A DNA stretch of 63,984 nucleotides, counting the filler, from Octopus bimaculoides (lineage: Eukaryota), in NCBI RefSeq assembly GCF_001194135.2. It is 5 parts of 4 records of this genome, joined end to end, with 100 filler letters (N's around TTAATTAATTAA, not from the genome) between each part and the next. Parts side by side here need not be neighbours in the genome. Positions count along the whole stretch, not along the records: positions 32,172 to 52,846 come from NC_068988.1; positions 52,947 to 62,562 come from NC_069000.1; positions 62,663 to 63,984 come from NW_026438658.1; 2 more parts are not named here. One strand, 5' to 3'. This document shows, piece after piece, positions 51,540 to 63,642 of this stretch. The notes under the pieces were generated by a model. The model worked only from the letters and a program-made list of their open reading frames with translations. It ran no database searches and was not told where the DNA came from. Position numbers and translations under genes: made by a program. Each line of letters starts with the position of its first letter. Positions within the stretch are counted from its first letter, which is position 1.

Positions 51540-52846
51540 CCAATTCTTATAGCATCTTACTCAACCTCCAGTATTCGAGTACTATTTTTTCCACCTTGTT
51601 TCACATTCATGTTTTCCCGAGTGTCAAACTAATACACCTGCTTGTTGTTCATGCACCTATCTTCGTTTTTTGTTTTTCTATAAATTTCAACTATATATTA
51701 TACGCTCACGTGGTCACCCCAGTTTGATCCTGTCTTAACTTCCTACCCTTTGGACTTGCGTATCTTAACCACTTCCTGAACTTTCCTTTTCTTCTTCTTT
51801 TCTTTTTTCTCTTCTTTTCCCAGCATACCTAATTATATATATCCTTCCTCCTCCACCTTCACTACCGCCTAAAGACACACCTTTCCACGCTTCCTTTCCT
51901 CTGCTTTCAACCTTCTATTAATCTTTCTCTACTGATTTAAAAAAAAGAACAACAAAAAAAAACACGCTTCTGAAGTCATGTTTCCTTTCTCAGTTGCTCC
52001 CTTGACCACACCTCATCCCCAAAGGTTTCCACCTCCATTTCCACCCCAATTTCCATTCTGCTTCTTCTATCCTACCCATACTCCGCACTACTACCTACCG
52101 CCTTATGCGTGTCACCATTCGTTCTAATCTCTCCAAAATACACACCTTCGACCGTCTGCTCCCTCTCGCTTATTCCACCTTTTTCTCCTTCTTTTCACCA
52201 TCCACCCTACGCACATTCCACCCTACGCTTCATGCTTACTCTTTATTTGTTTCAGTCATTTGACTGCGGCCATGCTGGAGCACCGCCTTTAGTCGAGCAA
52301 ATCGACCCCGGGACTTATTCTTTGTAAGCCTAGTACTTATTCTATCGGTCTCTTTTTGCCGAACCGCTAAGTTACGGGGACATAAGCACACCAGCATCGG
52401 TTGTCAAGCAATGCTAGGGGGACAAACACACACACATATACACATATATACATATATACGACGGTCTTCTTTCAGTTTTCGTCTACCAAATCCACTCACA
52501 AGGCTTTGGTCGACCACGGCTATAGTAGAAGACACTTGCCCAAGGTGCCACGCAGTGGGACTGAACCCGGGACCATGTGGTTGGTAAGCAAGCTACTTAC
52601 CGCACAGCCACTCTTGCGCCATCTAAATCATCTTTTCCACGAGTTCCTCGTTCGCACTAAACAGCATAAACTCCACTCACTCTTTCATTCTGTCCCACCC
52701 GATGCCACCACACCCACCGCTTCCCTCCCCCTCCCTCCTCGATCCACTCTCTCCCTCATCCTCATTCCCACCCTTCCATTACTTCAACTCTCCACGCACT
52801 GCTTCCTCCTCTCCTCCCAGCCTCCCAGCTTTCCACTGCCTCCACC
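51540..52846 (+). mobile_element. Probable degraded Penelope-like element fragment interrupted by a SINE
   Basis: 51553-51610 is homologous to the flank of the hammerhead palindrome (53898-53955: catattactctacctctggtatttgagtact...); pyrimidine-rich degenerate ORF-like sequence follows. No RT or GIY-YIG motif was recognised. Confidence 0.4.
52236..52620 (-). mobile_element. SINE family A, full length
   Basis: Colinear with the other full-length copies; shortened internal microsatellite. Confidence 0.93.
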
Positions 52847-53409
52847 NNNNNNNNNNNNNNNNNNNNNNNNNNNNNNNNNNNNNNNNNNNNTTAATTAATT
52901 AANNNNNNNNNNNNNNNNNNNNNNNNNNNNNNNNNNNNNNNNNNNNCCTTCCCGCAAAGCAAATTAAATAAAATTTGGAACTTCTTGCGGAGGGTGAAAG
53001 TGTAAACAAGAACAGGACAGTGAGAACAAGACAGTAAAAACAAGAAAGAACAGTGAAAACAAGCGGTAAGGGCTGTTAGGCCAAGACGATAGAAAAATTA
53101 TTCTTTTGAACGCTAGTTAGATGTGGCTGAGAGACAAAAAAAAATCACGTCTTCTCTATAGGAAGGCAGGAAATAGAAAGAAAGAATCCCTTTCATCACG
53201 TGTCAGCGACGAGAGGGTCAAGGAGGAGGAGTGAGAGAGAGAGAGGGGGGACGGTGAAAGGAAGAGAAGAATAGGGAAGGGTTGGGAGAGAAAAAACAGA
53301 AAGGATGAATAACAAGAGAGGGAGAGAGATAGACGGGGAAGTGATAGTAACAGTAGTAGAGTGCGCAATATATATATATACATGTATACAAATGTGTACA
53401 TAGACAAAA

Positions 53410-53726
53410 TGAAAGCAAAATCATTACGAGGAGGAATTTTAATTAAACAAACGAAAGCAAAGCATTACGATGACCAAAGTTGTAAGAATTTCTGAAATTT
53501 TAATAAATTTTAATGAATAAAGTCCTGTGGAACGGTCGTACAGGCATGTGAATAATTCAAAAAGGAAACAATCCTCAACGAAGTTTTGTGTGAAAAATTG
53601 CACAAATCTGTCCTAATTAAGAGGCTTATCTGTCCAGGAAGACATGGTCTGACATGGAATAAACAAAAATTTATATAAGACATTCTGTTGTAAAAATTGA
53701 CCGGCAACGACGGGCTATTCAGCTAG
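53410..53726 (+). mobile_element. Possible Helitron-type non-autonomous element 3' end
   Basis: Short GC hairpin CCG-GCAACGA-CGG followed by CTAG|T at 53723-53727; 5' boundary uncertain. Confidence 0.4.
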
Positions 53727-53773
53727 TATATATATATATACTTTATTTAAAGGCAGCAGAAATATAACAAAAA

Positions 53774-53812
53774 ACTGTTACTCGGAGTTTCACGTTCCTG
53801 TTCATCGGACAG
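53774..53812 (-). ncRNA. Hammerhead ribozyme motif, mutated copy
   Basis: Reverse complement CTGT-CCGATGA-ACA-GGAA-CGT-GAAA-CTCCGAG-TA-ACAGT; U4 to C in the core and one stem II mismatch. Confidence 0.6.
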
Positions 53813-53823
53813 TTTTGTTAGAA

Positions 53824-53863
53824 ATTGTCTGATGAACGGGAACGTGAAACTCCGAGTAACAGT
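53824..53863 (+). ncRNA. Minimal type-I hammerhead ribozyme, intact core
   Basis: ATTGT (stem I)-CTGATGA-ACG[GGAA]CGT (stem II)-GAAA-CTCCGAG-T-A (GUA site)-ACAGT (stem I); all conserved core nucleotides present. Confidence 0.8.
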
Positions 53864-53966
53864 TTTTTTGTTATATTTCTGGTGCTTTTAAATAAAGCAT
53901 ATTACTCTACCTCTGGTATTTGAGTACTCTTTTTTTCGCCTTGTTGCACATTTATGTGCCTACTCC

Positions 53967-54038
<72 letters not shown>

Positions 54039-55013
54039 TAGATATGTACACACACACATATACACATATAGATAGATAGATATCTATATATATGTATATA
54101 TTTATGTTTTTAAACACATATACACATATATGTATAAATATATGTGTGTATACACACACACACACACACANNNNNNNNNNAATTATTTTCTTTTTTTAAT
54201 GAAAACTAATACACTTCAATTATAATCGATAGAGAGTTTACTGAAATGCTTAGTCGTATTGAATCTTTGGCTATTTCTATCACCTCCACACTTGGCCCCA
54301 GATAGCTTTACATTAAATCCACTTTAAGAACGATGTTATACACATTAGAAATTGAAATGTCTATCAAAATCTTCTTAACGTTAGGATTCCGTCTGTCATT
54401 TCTGATCATAATGGCGCCGTTCATTTTGATTTCGGGCTGGTTTTCCTTTCTTCTTTCTTTCTCTCTTCCTTTCTTCCTTTCTTTCTTCTTTCTTTCCTTT
54501 CGGTTTCCTTTTTCTTTCTTGCCTTCTTTCCTTCTTTCTTTTTACCATTCTATTTTTCTTTTTACATTCTCTTTCTTTCTTTGTTTCTTTTCTTCGTTCT
54601 TTCTTTCTTTCCTTTCTGTTTCTTTTTCTCTCTCTCTTTCTTTCTTTCGTTTCTGTTTCTTTCTTTCTTTCTTCCTTTCCTTTCTGTTTCTTTTTCTTGC
54701 TTTCTTTCTTCCTTTCTTTCTTTTCTTTTTCCCCTTCCCCATACGTTTGTGCATTTGTGCGTATACATACGCACATATATTTGTATGTATGTTGTCCGCA
54801 TGTTGTATGTATGCGCATGTACAAACATTTATGCATATGTGTGTGCGCGTGCGTGTGTGTATGCATGTGTGAGTGTATACAAATATACATATATACATAT
54901 GTGTACAAACACACACACACATATAAAACCATACATACACACACATGGATGTATACATTAGATAAATAGCTCTACACACAAATACGTACATACATGCACA
55001 CACGCATAGCTGT

Positions 55014-55052
<39 letters not shown>

Positions 55053-56194
55053 GTATTGATAAAAACGTCCATGTTCCAGTTTTAATTTTTTTTATTAAAC
55101 TTTCCTAAATAGAGCAAAGTCAATGTTTTTAATAGATCTCAGAAAGAGATTTCGTTCTTCCTATATATATATATATNNNNNNNNNNNNNNNNNNNNNNNN
55201 NNNNNNNNNNNNNNNNNNNNNNNNNNNNNNNNNNNNNNNNNNNNNNNNNNNNNNNNNNNNNNNNNNNNNNNNNNNNNNNNNNNNNNNNNNNNNNNNNNNN
55301 NNNNNNNNNNNNNNNNNNNNNNNNNNNNNNNNNNNNNNNNNNNNNNNNNNNNNNNNNNNNNNNNNNNNNNNNNNNNNNNNNNNNNNNNNNNNNNNNNNNN
55401 NNNNNNNNNNNNNNNNNNNNNNNNNNNNNNNNNNNNNNNNNNNNNNNNNNNNNNNNNNNNNNNNNNNNNNNNNNNNNNNNNNNNNNNNNNNNNNNNNNNN
55501 NNNNNNNNNNNNNNNNNNNNNNNNNNNNNNNNNNNNNNNNNNNNNNNNNNNNNNNNNNNNNNNNNNNNNNNNNNNNNNNNNNNNNNNNNNNNNNNNNNNN
55601 NNNNNNNNNNNNNNNNNNNNNNNNNNNNNNNNNNNNNNNNNNNNNNNNNNNNNNNNNNNNNNNNNNNNNNNNNNNNNNNNNNNNNNNNNNNNNNNNNNNN
55701 NNNNNNNNNNNNNNNNNNNNNNNNNNNNNNNNNNNNNNNNNNNNNNNNNNNNNNNNNNNNNNNNNNNNNNNNNNNNNNNNNNNNNNNNNNNNNNNNNNNN
55801 NNNNNNNNNNNNNNNNNNNNNNNNNNNNNNNNNNNNNNNNNNNNNNNNNNNNNNNNNNNNNNNNNNNNNNNNNNNNNNNNNNNNNNNNNNNNNNNNNNNN
55901 NNNNNNNNNNNNNNNNNNNNNNNNNNNNNNNNNNNNNNNNNNNNNNNNNNNNNNNNNNNNNNNNNNNNNNNNNNNNNNNNNNNNNNNNNNNNNNNNNNNN
56001 NNNNNNNNNNNNNNNNNNNNNNNNNNNNNNNNNNNNNNNNNNNNNNNNNNNNNNNNNNNNNNNNNNNNNNNNNNNNNNNNNNNNNNNNNNNNNNNNNNNN
56101 NNNNNNNNNNNNNNNNNNNNNNNNNNNNNNNNNNNNNNNNNNNNNNNNACATATATATATATATATATGTATATATAAAAGAAAGAGGACTCAA

Positions 56195-56861
56195 TACGGA
56201 AGCTCCTATACGAGCATTTCAGAATGTTTGGGTGTCAATTCGAGGACATGTACCAAGAATGATAAAAATCAAACATCCAGTCAACATCATGGTGTTTGGA
56301 TTGATCACTAGTGATGGTCACGTTATACCTCCAACACGGCCTCACACTCAACATGGAGACCTATATCAAGTGCCTGGGGGTGATTGTGCTGCTCCGGGTC
56401 AAGAGGGTGGCTGCTGGAAGATCCTATGTTTGATAACAGGACTCTGCACCATGCCGCACAAGCAGGAGAACCCAGTCATGGCTGTCAGTCAGTTTCTGTG
56501 AGTACATCCCATCTAACATCTGGCCACCTAAGACTGCAACCCCTTTGATTATTATGTGTGGAGTACAGTTGAGCGAGAGACCAACAAAACTCTTTGTAAG
56601 ACCTAAGATAAACTGAAGGCAAGGATTATGCCAGCATTCACCAACTTAAACAAGGAAACCGTCCAGAAGAATTGCAGGAGATTACGAAGTCGTCTGGAGG
56701 CCGTGGCTGAAGCCAATGGCGATTTTATTGAAAAAAATATAACCTTTAGTATTTCAAGATATTTTTATGAAATTTTGGTAAATATAACTGTTAAAACGAG
56801 ATGGCAGTGCTATTTTCATTTCTGCGTAATTTAGACGACAGTTTATTCACCGCACCCTGTA
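56195..56861 (+). mobile_element. Tc1/mariner maT (DD37D-like) transposase relic with 3' TIR
   Basis: HPVNIMVFGLITSDG...YV*QDSAPC...WPP..DCNPFDYYVWS...; ends CACCGCACCCTG|TA (reverse complement TACAGGGTG); stops and frameshifts. Confidence 0.85.
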
Positions 56862-56973
56862 TATTCTGATTATATAGGTACTCTATATAATCAGAATATA
56901 CCTATATATATAATCAGAGTACATATATAATCAGAGTACATATATAATCAGAATATACAACTATTCTGATTAT

Positions 56974-57183
56974 ATGTCTGTGCACACGTTTGAATGTGGT
57001 GTGTGCCAGAGGGCTTGCAAATCCAGTGGGGGTCTTAAAAGACATGTTAGGATCCACAATGAGCAGAACTTACCTGCAGGTGTTGATAGTACAAATCAGA
57101 GGTGCAATCTGTGTGGGTGTTTTTTCAAAACATTGTCTGGTTTAAAAAGCCACATCAGACGCCATGAAAGAGCTAAGGTGTAG
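56974..57183 (+). CDS. 69-aa ORF with two C2H2 zinc fingers, probably the C-terminal tail of an RTE-type LINE
   Basis: CGVCQRACKSSGGLKRHVRIH and CNLCGCFFKTLSGLKSHIRRH both fit C-x2-C-x12-H-x3-H; non-TGEKP linker; short 3' UTR ends in (TA)n. Expression is not shown by the sequence. Confidence 0.55.
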   Translation: MSVHTFECGVCQRACKSSGGLKRHVRIHNEQNLPAGVDSTNQRCNLCGCFFKTLSGLKSHIRRHERAKV

Positions 57184-57245
57184 GTGCAGGAGGTGGTCAA
57201 ACTCTGTGTAAGGAGTAGACAACCACCACCATATATATACATATA

Positions 57246-57290
<45 letters not shown>

Positions 57291-57588
57291 NNNNNNNNNN
57301 NNNNNNNNNNNNNNNNNNNNNNNNNNNNNNNNNNNNNNNNNNNNNNNNNNNNNNNNNNNNNNNNNNNNNNNGGGGTCTTAAAAGACATGTTAGGATCCAC
57401 AATGAGCAGAACTTACCTGCAGGTGTTGATAGTACAAATCAGAGGTGCAATCTGTGTGGGTGTTTTTTCAAAACATTGTCTGGTTTAAAAAGCCACATCA
57501 GACGCCATGAAAGAGCTAAGGTGTAGGTGCAGGAGGTGGTCAAACTCTGTGTAAGGAGTAGACAACCACCACCATATATATACATATA

Positions 57589-57637
<49 letters not shown>

Positions 57638-59781
57638 CATATATATATGTGTGTGTGTGTGTGTCGGTATGCGTGCGTATGTATGTGTGTGTGTATGGAT
57701 GCATGTGTGCATGTATACGTTTATGTATGTATCTATTTAGCGGATTGGAATGTGCCTTTGTACTAATTTCTTTTTGCACTAATTACTATTATTGCTTTAA
57801 TCTTCCTTATTTCTCTTTAGTAAACAAACAGAAACGCGTGCGTATGTGTGTGTATGTCTATTTACGCACACGTAAGTGTAGGCGTGTGTAGGAGTGCATG
57901 TATATACAAATACATGCACACACCGCCACATACACGCACGCACGCACACACCCACACACGTGTGCGTAGGCGTGTGAGCTTATGCTGCAACGTGTCTGTG
58001 TGTCTGTTGTGAACGGGTTTTGTATTCGAAAAGCCATGGTTATGTAATTCCGAATCCATCTGTCCTTGAAGTATGCATAATGTATGTATTTTGAATGCGT
58101 GTGGGTGTATGTGTGTGTCTGTGTGTTTGTGTGTGCGTGCGTGTGTATGTGTGTGTGCTTGCATATACGTATATATATATATATATATATATGTGCATAT
58201 ATATATATATATATATATATGTGTATATATATTCACAAACGTATATTTATCTATCTAACTAGCTATCTATTGATATATATATATATATANNNNNNNNNNN
58301 NNNNNNNNNNNNNNNNNNNNNNNNNNNNNNNNNNNNNNNNNNNNNNNNNNNNNNNNNNNNNNNNNNNNNNNNNNNNNNNNNNNNNNNNNNNNNNNNNNNN
58401 NNNNNNNNNNNNNNNNNNNNNNNNNNNNNNNNNNNNNNNNNNNNNNNNNNNNNNNNNNNNNNNNNNNNNNNNNNNNNNNNNNNNNNNNNNNNNNNNNNNN
58501 NNNNNNNNNNNNNNNNNNNNNNNNNNNNNNNNNNNNNNNNNNNNNNNNNNNNNNNNNNNNNNNNNNNNNNNNNNNNNNNNNNNNNNNNNNNNNNNNNNNN
58601 NNNNNNNNNNNNNNNNNNNNNNNNNNNNNNNNNNNNNNNNNNNNNNNNNNNNNNNNNNNNNNNNNNNNNNNNNNNNNNNNNNNNNNNNNNNNNNNNNNNN
58701 NNNNNNNNNNNNNNNNNNNNNNNNNNNNNNNNNNNNNATATATATATATATATACACAATGTATCCGCTATTTATAGGAATATTCAAATAGAGACACACA
58801 CAGACACCGAAACACACACACATACATACTAAAAAATAACTCAAAGTCTGATGCAAACACATACATTCGACATTACCACAGATATCCATCGATCGCTGTT
58901 TCACATAGACATTATCCAACGTTATCTCTAACTATTCGCTCTTTGTTACAGTATATTTCCCCCCCTCTCTTGTATTAATCAAATTTTCTGATTCAACTAA
59001 CGATAAGTGCTTTATTTATGACGTCTAAAAACACTAAGTATTTTAGTTCAAGTTATCTTATAATAAAAGTATGGCGGCCGTCGACCTGTCGTTCTGTCGC
59101 CAGCCGAGACTCAAAAAAATTCACTGAATTCAATGAGCAGACGACATCATGTTAAATGCGCGCTCATTATGAATATAGAGCTTTAGTATAATACAGAATA
59201 TATAATGAAAATTGCTATCAGGGAATATACAAGGAAAAAACTGGCTGGAAGAAGAACCATACTGAAAATTTTATTTTGTTTATGTGCCAGCAATCTTTTC
59301 TTAATAAACATGGTGGTTGTAACTGAAGTGATCCGGATCGGAATTACACTGCGTGGTAGAAATTATTAATTGAAATTTAAGGTAACAGGAGATAAAAATA
59401 AAGAATTGTATACAATAAGGCATTAAAAATTAAACGAATAAGACGAAACTGGACGAAAACAAGCATACCAACTGATCGATTAGACGAATTCATGCGCACA
59501 CGCACGCACACACACACACACACACACACAATGCACGCATATATATGGATACTTATATATATACACACACACACACATATATATACATATATATATATAT
59601 ATACATATATATATAGGCCCATATCTACATGTATATACGAATACTTATATGTGCATGTGTGTGTGTGTATGTGTGTGTTCAAACATGAATTAGAAGCAGC
59701 TGGAGGCATATAAACTAAGTCGAAAGCACGTATTCAAGGTGTTGTTTGTTCGTTAGTTCGTCGGGCGGCTGCATTTTGTAA

Positions 59782-60092
59782 ACGTAAGAGAATATATTCT
59801 CAGTCCCCTTGGTGTAAATCACACGAAAGTAAATCATAGCCAAGAGAGACAACTCACATCACATCCCTTTCTGTAGGAGGATATGTTGGGACATGCTAGC
59901 AGATGGTTCTGAAACCATTTAGCGTATATTTAGAGCCAGTTAGAGAGCTCGTAGCAGACCCTGTTCGGTATGTGGAATTTGACAGGTCAAAACAATGACG
60001 AACCATCGATGTCTGTCGCTCCGTAAAAATGGTATTTGACTTGCTTTCGGGTGTTTTTACACCAAGGGCATTGAGAATATATTCTCTTATGT
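59782..60092. mobile_element. MITE with about 37-bp imperfect TIRs
   Basis: ACGTAAGAGAATATATTCTCAGTCCCCTTGGTGTAAA at left versus its reverse complement at 60056-60092 (about 3 mismatches). Confidence 0.8.
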
Positions 60093-61192
60093 CTAAAATA
60101 CACAGCTGCCCGATGAACTAACAACACACACACACACACCTCGTGCATGAGCGTTCGACATTATATATATGTACATATGTGTGTTTGTATACACACCATA
60201 TATATACACACACATGTATATATATATACACACACACACACACGCATATATATATATATATATATAATATATATATATATATNNNNNNNNNNNNNNNNNN
60301 NNNNNNNNNNNNNNNNNNNNNNNNNNNNNNNNNNNNNNNNNNNNNNNNNNNNNNNNNNNNNNNNNNNNNNNNNNNNNNNNNNNNNNNNNNNNNNNNNNNN
60401 NNNNNNNNNNNNNNNNNNNNNNNNNNNNNNNNNNNNNNNNNNNNNNNNNNNNNNNNNNNNNNNNNNNNNNNNNNNNNNNNNNNNNNNNNNNNNNNNNNNN
60501 NNNNNNNNNNNNNNNNNNNNNNNNNNNNNNNNNNNNNNNNNNNNNNNNNNNNNNNNNNNNNNNNNNNNNNNNNNNNNNNNNNNNNNNNNNNNNNNNNNNN
60601 NNNNNNNNNNNNNNNNNNNNNNNNNNNNNNNNNNNNNNNNNNNNNNNNNNNNNNNNNNNNNNNNNNNNNNNNNNNNNNNNNNNNNNNNNNNNNNNNNNNN
60701 NNNNNNNNNNNNNNNNNNNNNNNNNNNNNNNNNNNNNNNNNNNNNNNNNNNNNNNNNNNNNNNNNNNNNNNNNNNNNNNNNNNNNNNNNNNNNNNNNNNN
60801 NNNNNNNNNNNNNNNNNNNNNNNNNTACACACACACACTCACATATATAAACAGAGAGTGAGAGGTACATGTATGCTTGATATGCATTCTTATACATAAA
60901 TATATATATTTATTTATTTACACACACACACATAGCACGCGCACAGACACACATACACACACACATACTCTTCTCAAAAAACATCGATTCACACACATAT
61001 ATTCATTAGATCTATCAATATGTGATGAGAGAGGAAAATGGAGATATGTGAAACAGTTCGAATCTTTTGCTCAGAACTGAAATGAGATGGCAGACGGACT
61101 ACTCTGCGAAACAAATGTAGCAGAACTTAGATCCGTTTAGTAGAAATAATGCTTTGTCTATTATTGTCCTATGATTAATGTTTTGCAGGCAA

Positions 61193-61478
61193 TGGCTACG
61201 GAACGACATTTTTTGTTGCTGCAGTCGGATTTTTAATGTGTCCTCTGTCAGCCCTATGTAGCAAGATGAGATGTTTTCAGAGACAACATCGATGCAGTAT
61301 AGGATGTTTCTAAGTATTTACCTTTCAACGGGAAGGCTTTTATGCCCTGTTAATTGCACATCAGCTACTCTCGTTGTTGCTATGGCCATAAAATGCCTAC
61401 GTTTCGGTTCTCTATGAGGCTGGAAATACTCCTGCTACAGCTGAATTTCACCTTTACATTGTTTTATTCCGTAGCCAC
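61193..61478. mobile_element. Possible MITE (11-bp TIR TGGCTACGGAA)
   Basis: TGGCTACGGAA near 61193 and TTCCGTAGCCA near 61478; no TSD seen. Confidence 0.3.
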
Positions 61479-61495
61479 CCAGAAAGAGCTTGTTG

Positions 61496-61880
61496 AGGAG
61501 GCGCAATGGCCCAGTGGTTAGGGCAGTGGACTCGCGGTCATAGGATCGCGGTTTCGATTCCCAGACCGGGCGTTGTGAGTGTTTATTGAGCGAAAACACC
61601 TAAAGCTCTACGAGGCTCCGGCAGGGGATGGTGGTGAACCCTGCTGTACTCTTTCGCCACAACTTTCTCTCACTCTTACTTCCTGTTTCTGTTGTGCCTG
61701 TAATTCAAAGGGTCAACCTTGTCACACTGTGTCACGCTGAATATTCCCGAGAACTACGTTAAGGGTACGCGTGTCTGTGGAGTGCTCAGCCACTTGCACG
61801 TTAATTTCACGAGCAGGCTGTTCCGTTGATCGGATCAACTGGAACACTCGACGTCGTAAGCGACGGAGTGACAACAACAA
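61496..61880 (+). mobile_element. SINE family C, full length, with (CAA)n tail
   Basis: A and B boxes; colinear with 44410-44772; ends cgacggagtgacaacaacaac. Confidence 0.93.
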
Positions 61881-61884
61881 CTAT

Positions 61885-62190
61885 GGTGGCTTGTACCGTA
61901 TAAATATCCCTCTTCCTTGTGCAATCGGAGAGCCGGTTGTTCGACTCTCTTGACTGCTTAATTTTCAACTGGGCCAATCGAAGTAGGTACATGCGTCAAG
62001 TGGCACTTGATGGTGGTAAACACGAAAGTTATAGTCGTGAGAAAAGGGACAAAGAGATGTTATACCAAGTCGGTGGGCAAACGGTTGCAGTGTGTTAAAT
62101 GAGTGCAGGTTAAACAGTTAGACAGGTAAATTAGCTGGAATGTTAGTGGAAGGCGTATAATGGTTCTGTGCGTAACAGCTGCTCTGTTCT
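61885..62190 (-). mobile_element. Degraded CR1/Jockey-like LINE fragment
   Basis: SFNTLQPFAHRLGITSLCPFSHDYN resembles the LQPLxHRRxVxSLxLFYRYY motif downstream of RT. Confidence 0.45.
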
Positions 62191-62513
62191 AGATAAGAAT
62201 AATAAGAATTGGAAGTGGAACGATTTCTATTTGCTTTGTTTCAATTCGTTTTATTTCATGATAAATAAGCAAAGGTAAACTTAAAGAAAGGTTAATTAGT
62301 ACTATGAAGAGACAGAATGTACTAGACTTGCGAGCAAATGCTAATTCTGACATAATATATTGTAATGACAAGTAGATTAGACAAATGCTGGAATAAACAT
62401 TTCATATTGTTTTTTATACACGCATATACTTATATGTATGTAGGTATGTATATATATGAAACCGGAACCATGTGGCTGGGAAACAAGCTTCTTACCACAC
62501 TGCCACTCCTGCG

Positions 62514-62562
<49 letters not shown>

Positions 62563-62662
62563 NNNNNNNNNNNNNNNNNNNNNNNNNNNNNNNNNNNNNN
62601 NNNNNNTTAATTAATTAANNNNNNNNNNNNNNNNNNNNNNNNNNNNNNNNNNNNNNNNNNNN

Positions 62663-63535
62663 CGACCAGGGTTCTCTGACAGGACCAACCCTTCGCTTTG
62701 TTCAGAGAAATGTGGCTGATAATCCTCGTTGCAAGGCCTCTGACATAACAAGAGATGTTGATGTCAGTATCAGAACAGCGGCCAGATATCTCCACAAACT
62801 TGGTTACTATGACAGAGCAGCTAGTAGGAAGCCACTTATTTAACCAGTCAATATCAAGCGGAAAAAGATTGAGATGGTGGACAGGTCACTAGCATTTTCG
62901 GAGAGAATCATATTCTCTGATGAGTTCATATTTGCTTTATTTTCTGACCGTGGTCGAGTGTGGGTCTGGAGATTCTGTGATCAAGAATTTGATGTGAAAA
63001 GATTGCAGCCAACAATGAAACACGGCAGTTATTCTGTAATGGATTGGGGATCAATTTGGCGTTGGTGGAGTGTGAGGGAAACACAAACTCAGATAAATAT
63101 GTGTCCATATTGCAGACTGCTTTCCGTCAAATTGTTTCCAAAGGTGAAATAATTAAAGAAGACTCTATATTCAGGGAATATAGGGCTCCTTGTCATACAG
63201 TACAAAAGACCCAAGAGTGGTTGGAAGAGAATGACATTAGAAAGCTTCCATGACCACCTATGGGGCATAATGGACAAGATGCTTCATAAAAGCATAAGAA
63301 AGCCTCCTCAAATCCAGATTTCTTGAAATTACTGCATGAAACATGGCATGAAATTTGTTAAGAGAATATTCGTCATTTGATCAATAGAATGCTTAATAGG
63401 GTCCTTGCTCTGAGAAATGTAAAGGGCATGTCTACTGAATGTTAGATATTCACATTATAATTAACAAATACTTTGAATGTATAATTTCAGATTTAAATAA
63501 ATTTTAACGAATATAAGGGTATCTATTTACTTCTG
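62663..63535 (+). mobile_element. Tc1 (DD34E-type) transposase relic
   Basis: RYLHKLGYYDRAASRKPL...IIFSDEFIF...GRVWVWR...LQPTMKHGSYSVMDWGSI...IFREYRAPCH; multiple stops and deletions. Confidence 0.9.
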
Positions 63536-63603
63536 CTATGTCTGTGTCTATGTATATATATATATATTTATATATATATATATATATGTGTGTGCGTGTG
63601 TGT

Positions 63604-63642
<39 letters not shown>

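Larger units (their letters stand above)
53741..53897. repeat. About 70-bp-arm inverted repeat of a Penelope-like pLTR segment (family HH-B)
   Basis: 53741-53812 is the near-perfect reverse complement of 53825-53897, with a short spacer. Confidence 0.92.

Noticed and set aside
57031-57600. Second copy of the zinc-finger segment (57372-57575)
   Set aside because: Identical to the pre-gap copy and starts at the gap edge; most likely an assembly duplication, not a tandem ZNF array. The same applies to 25585-25652 and 63585-63790.
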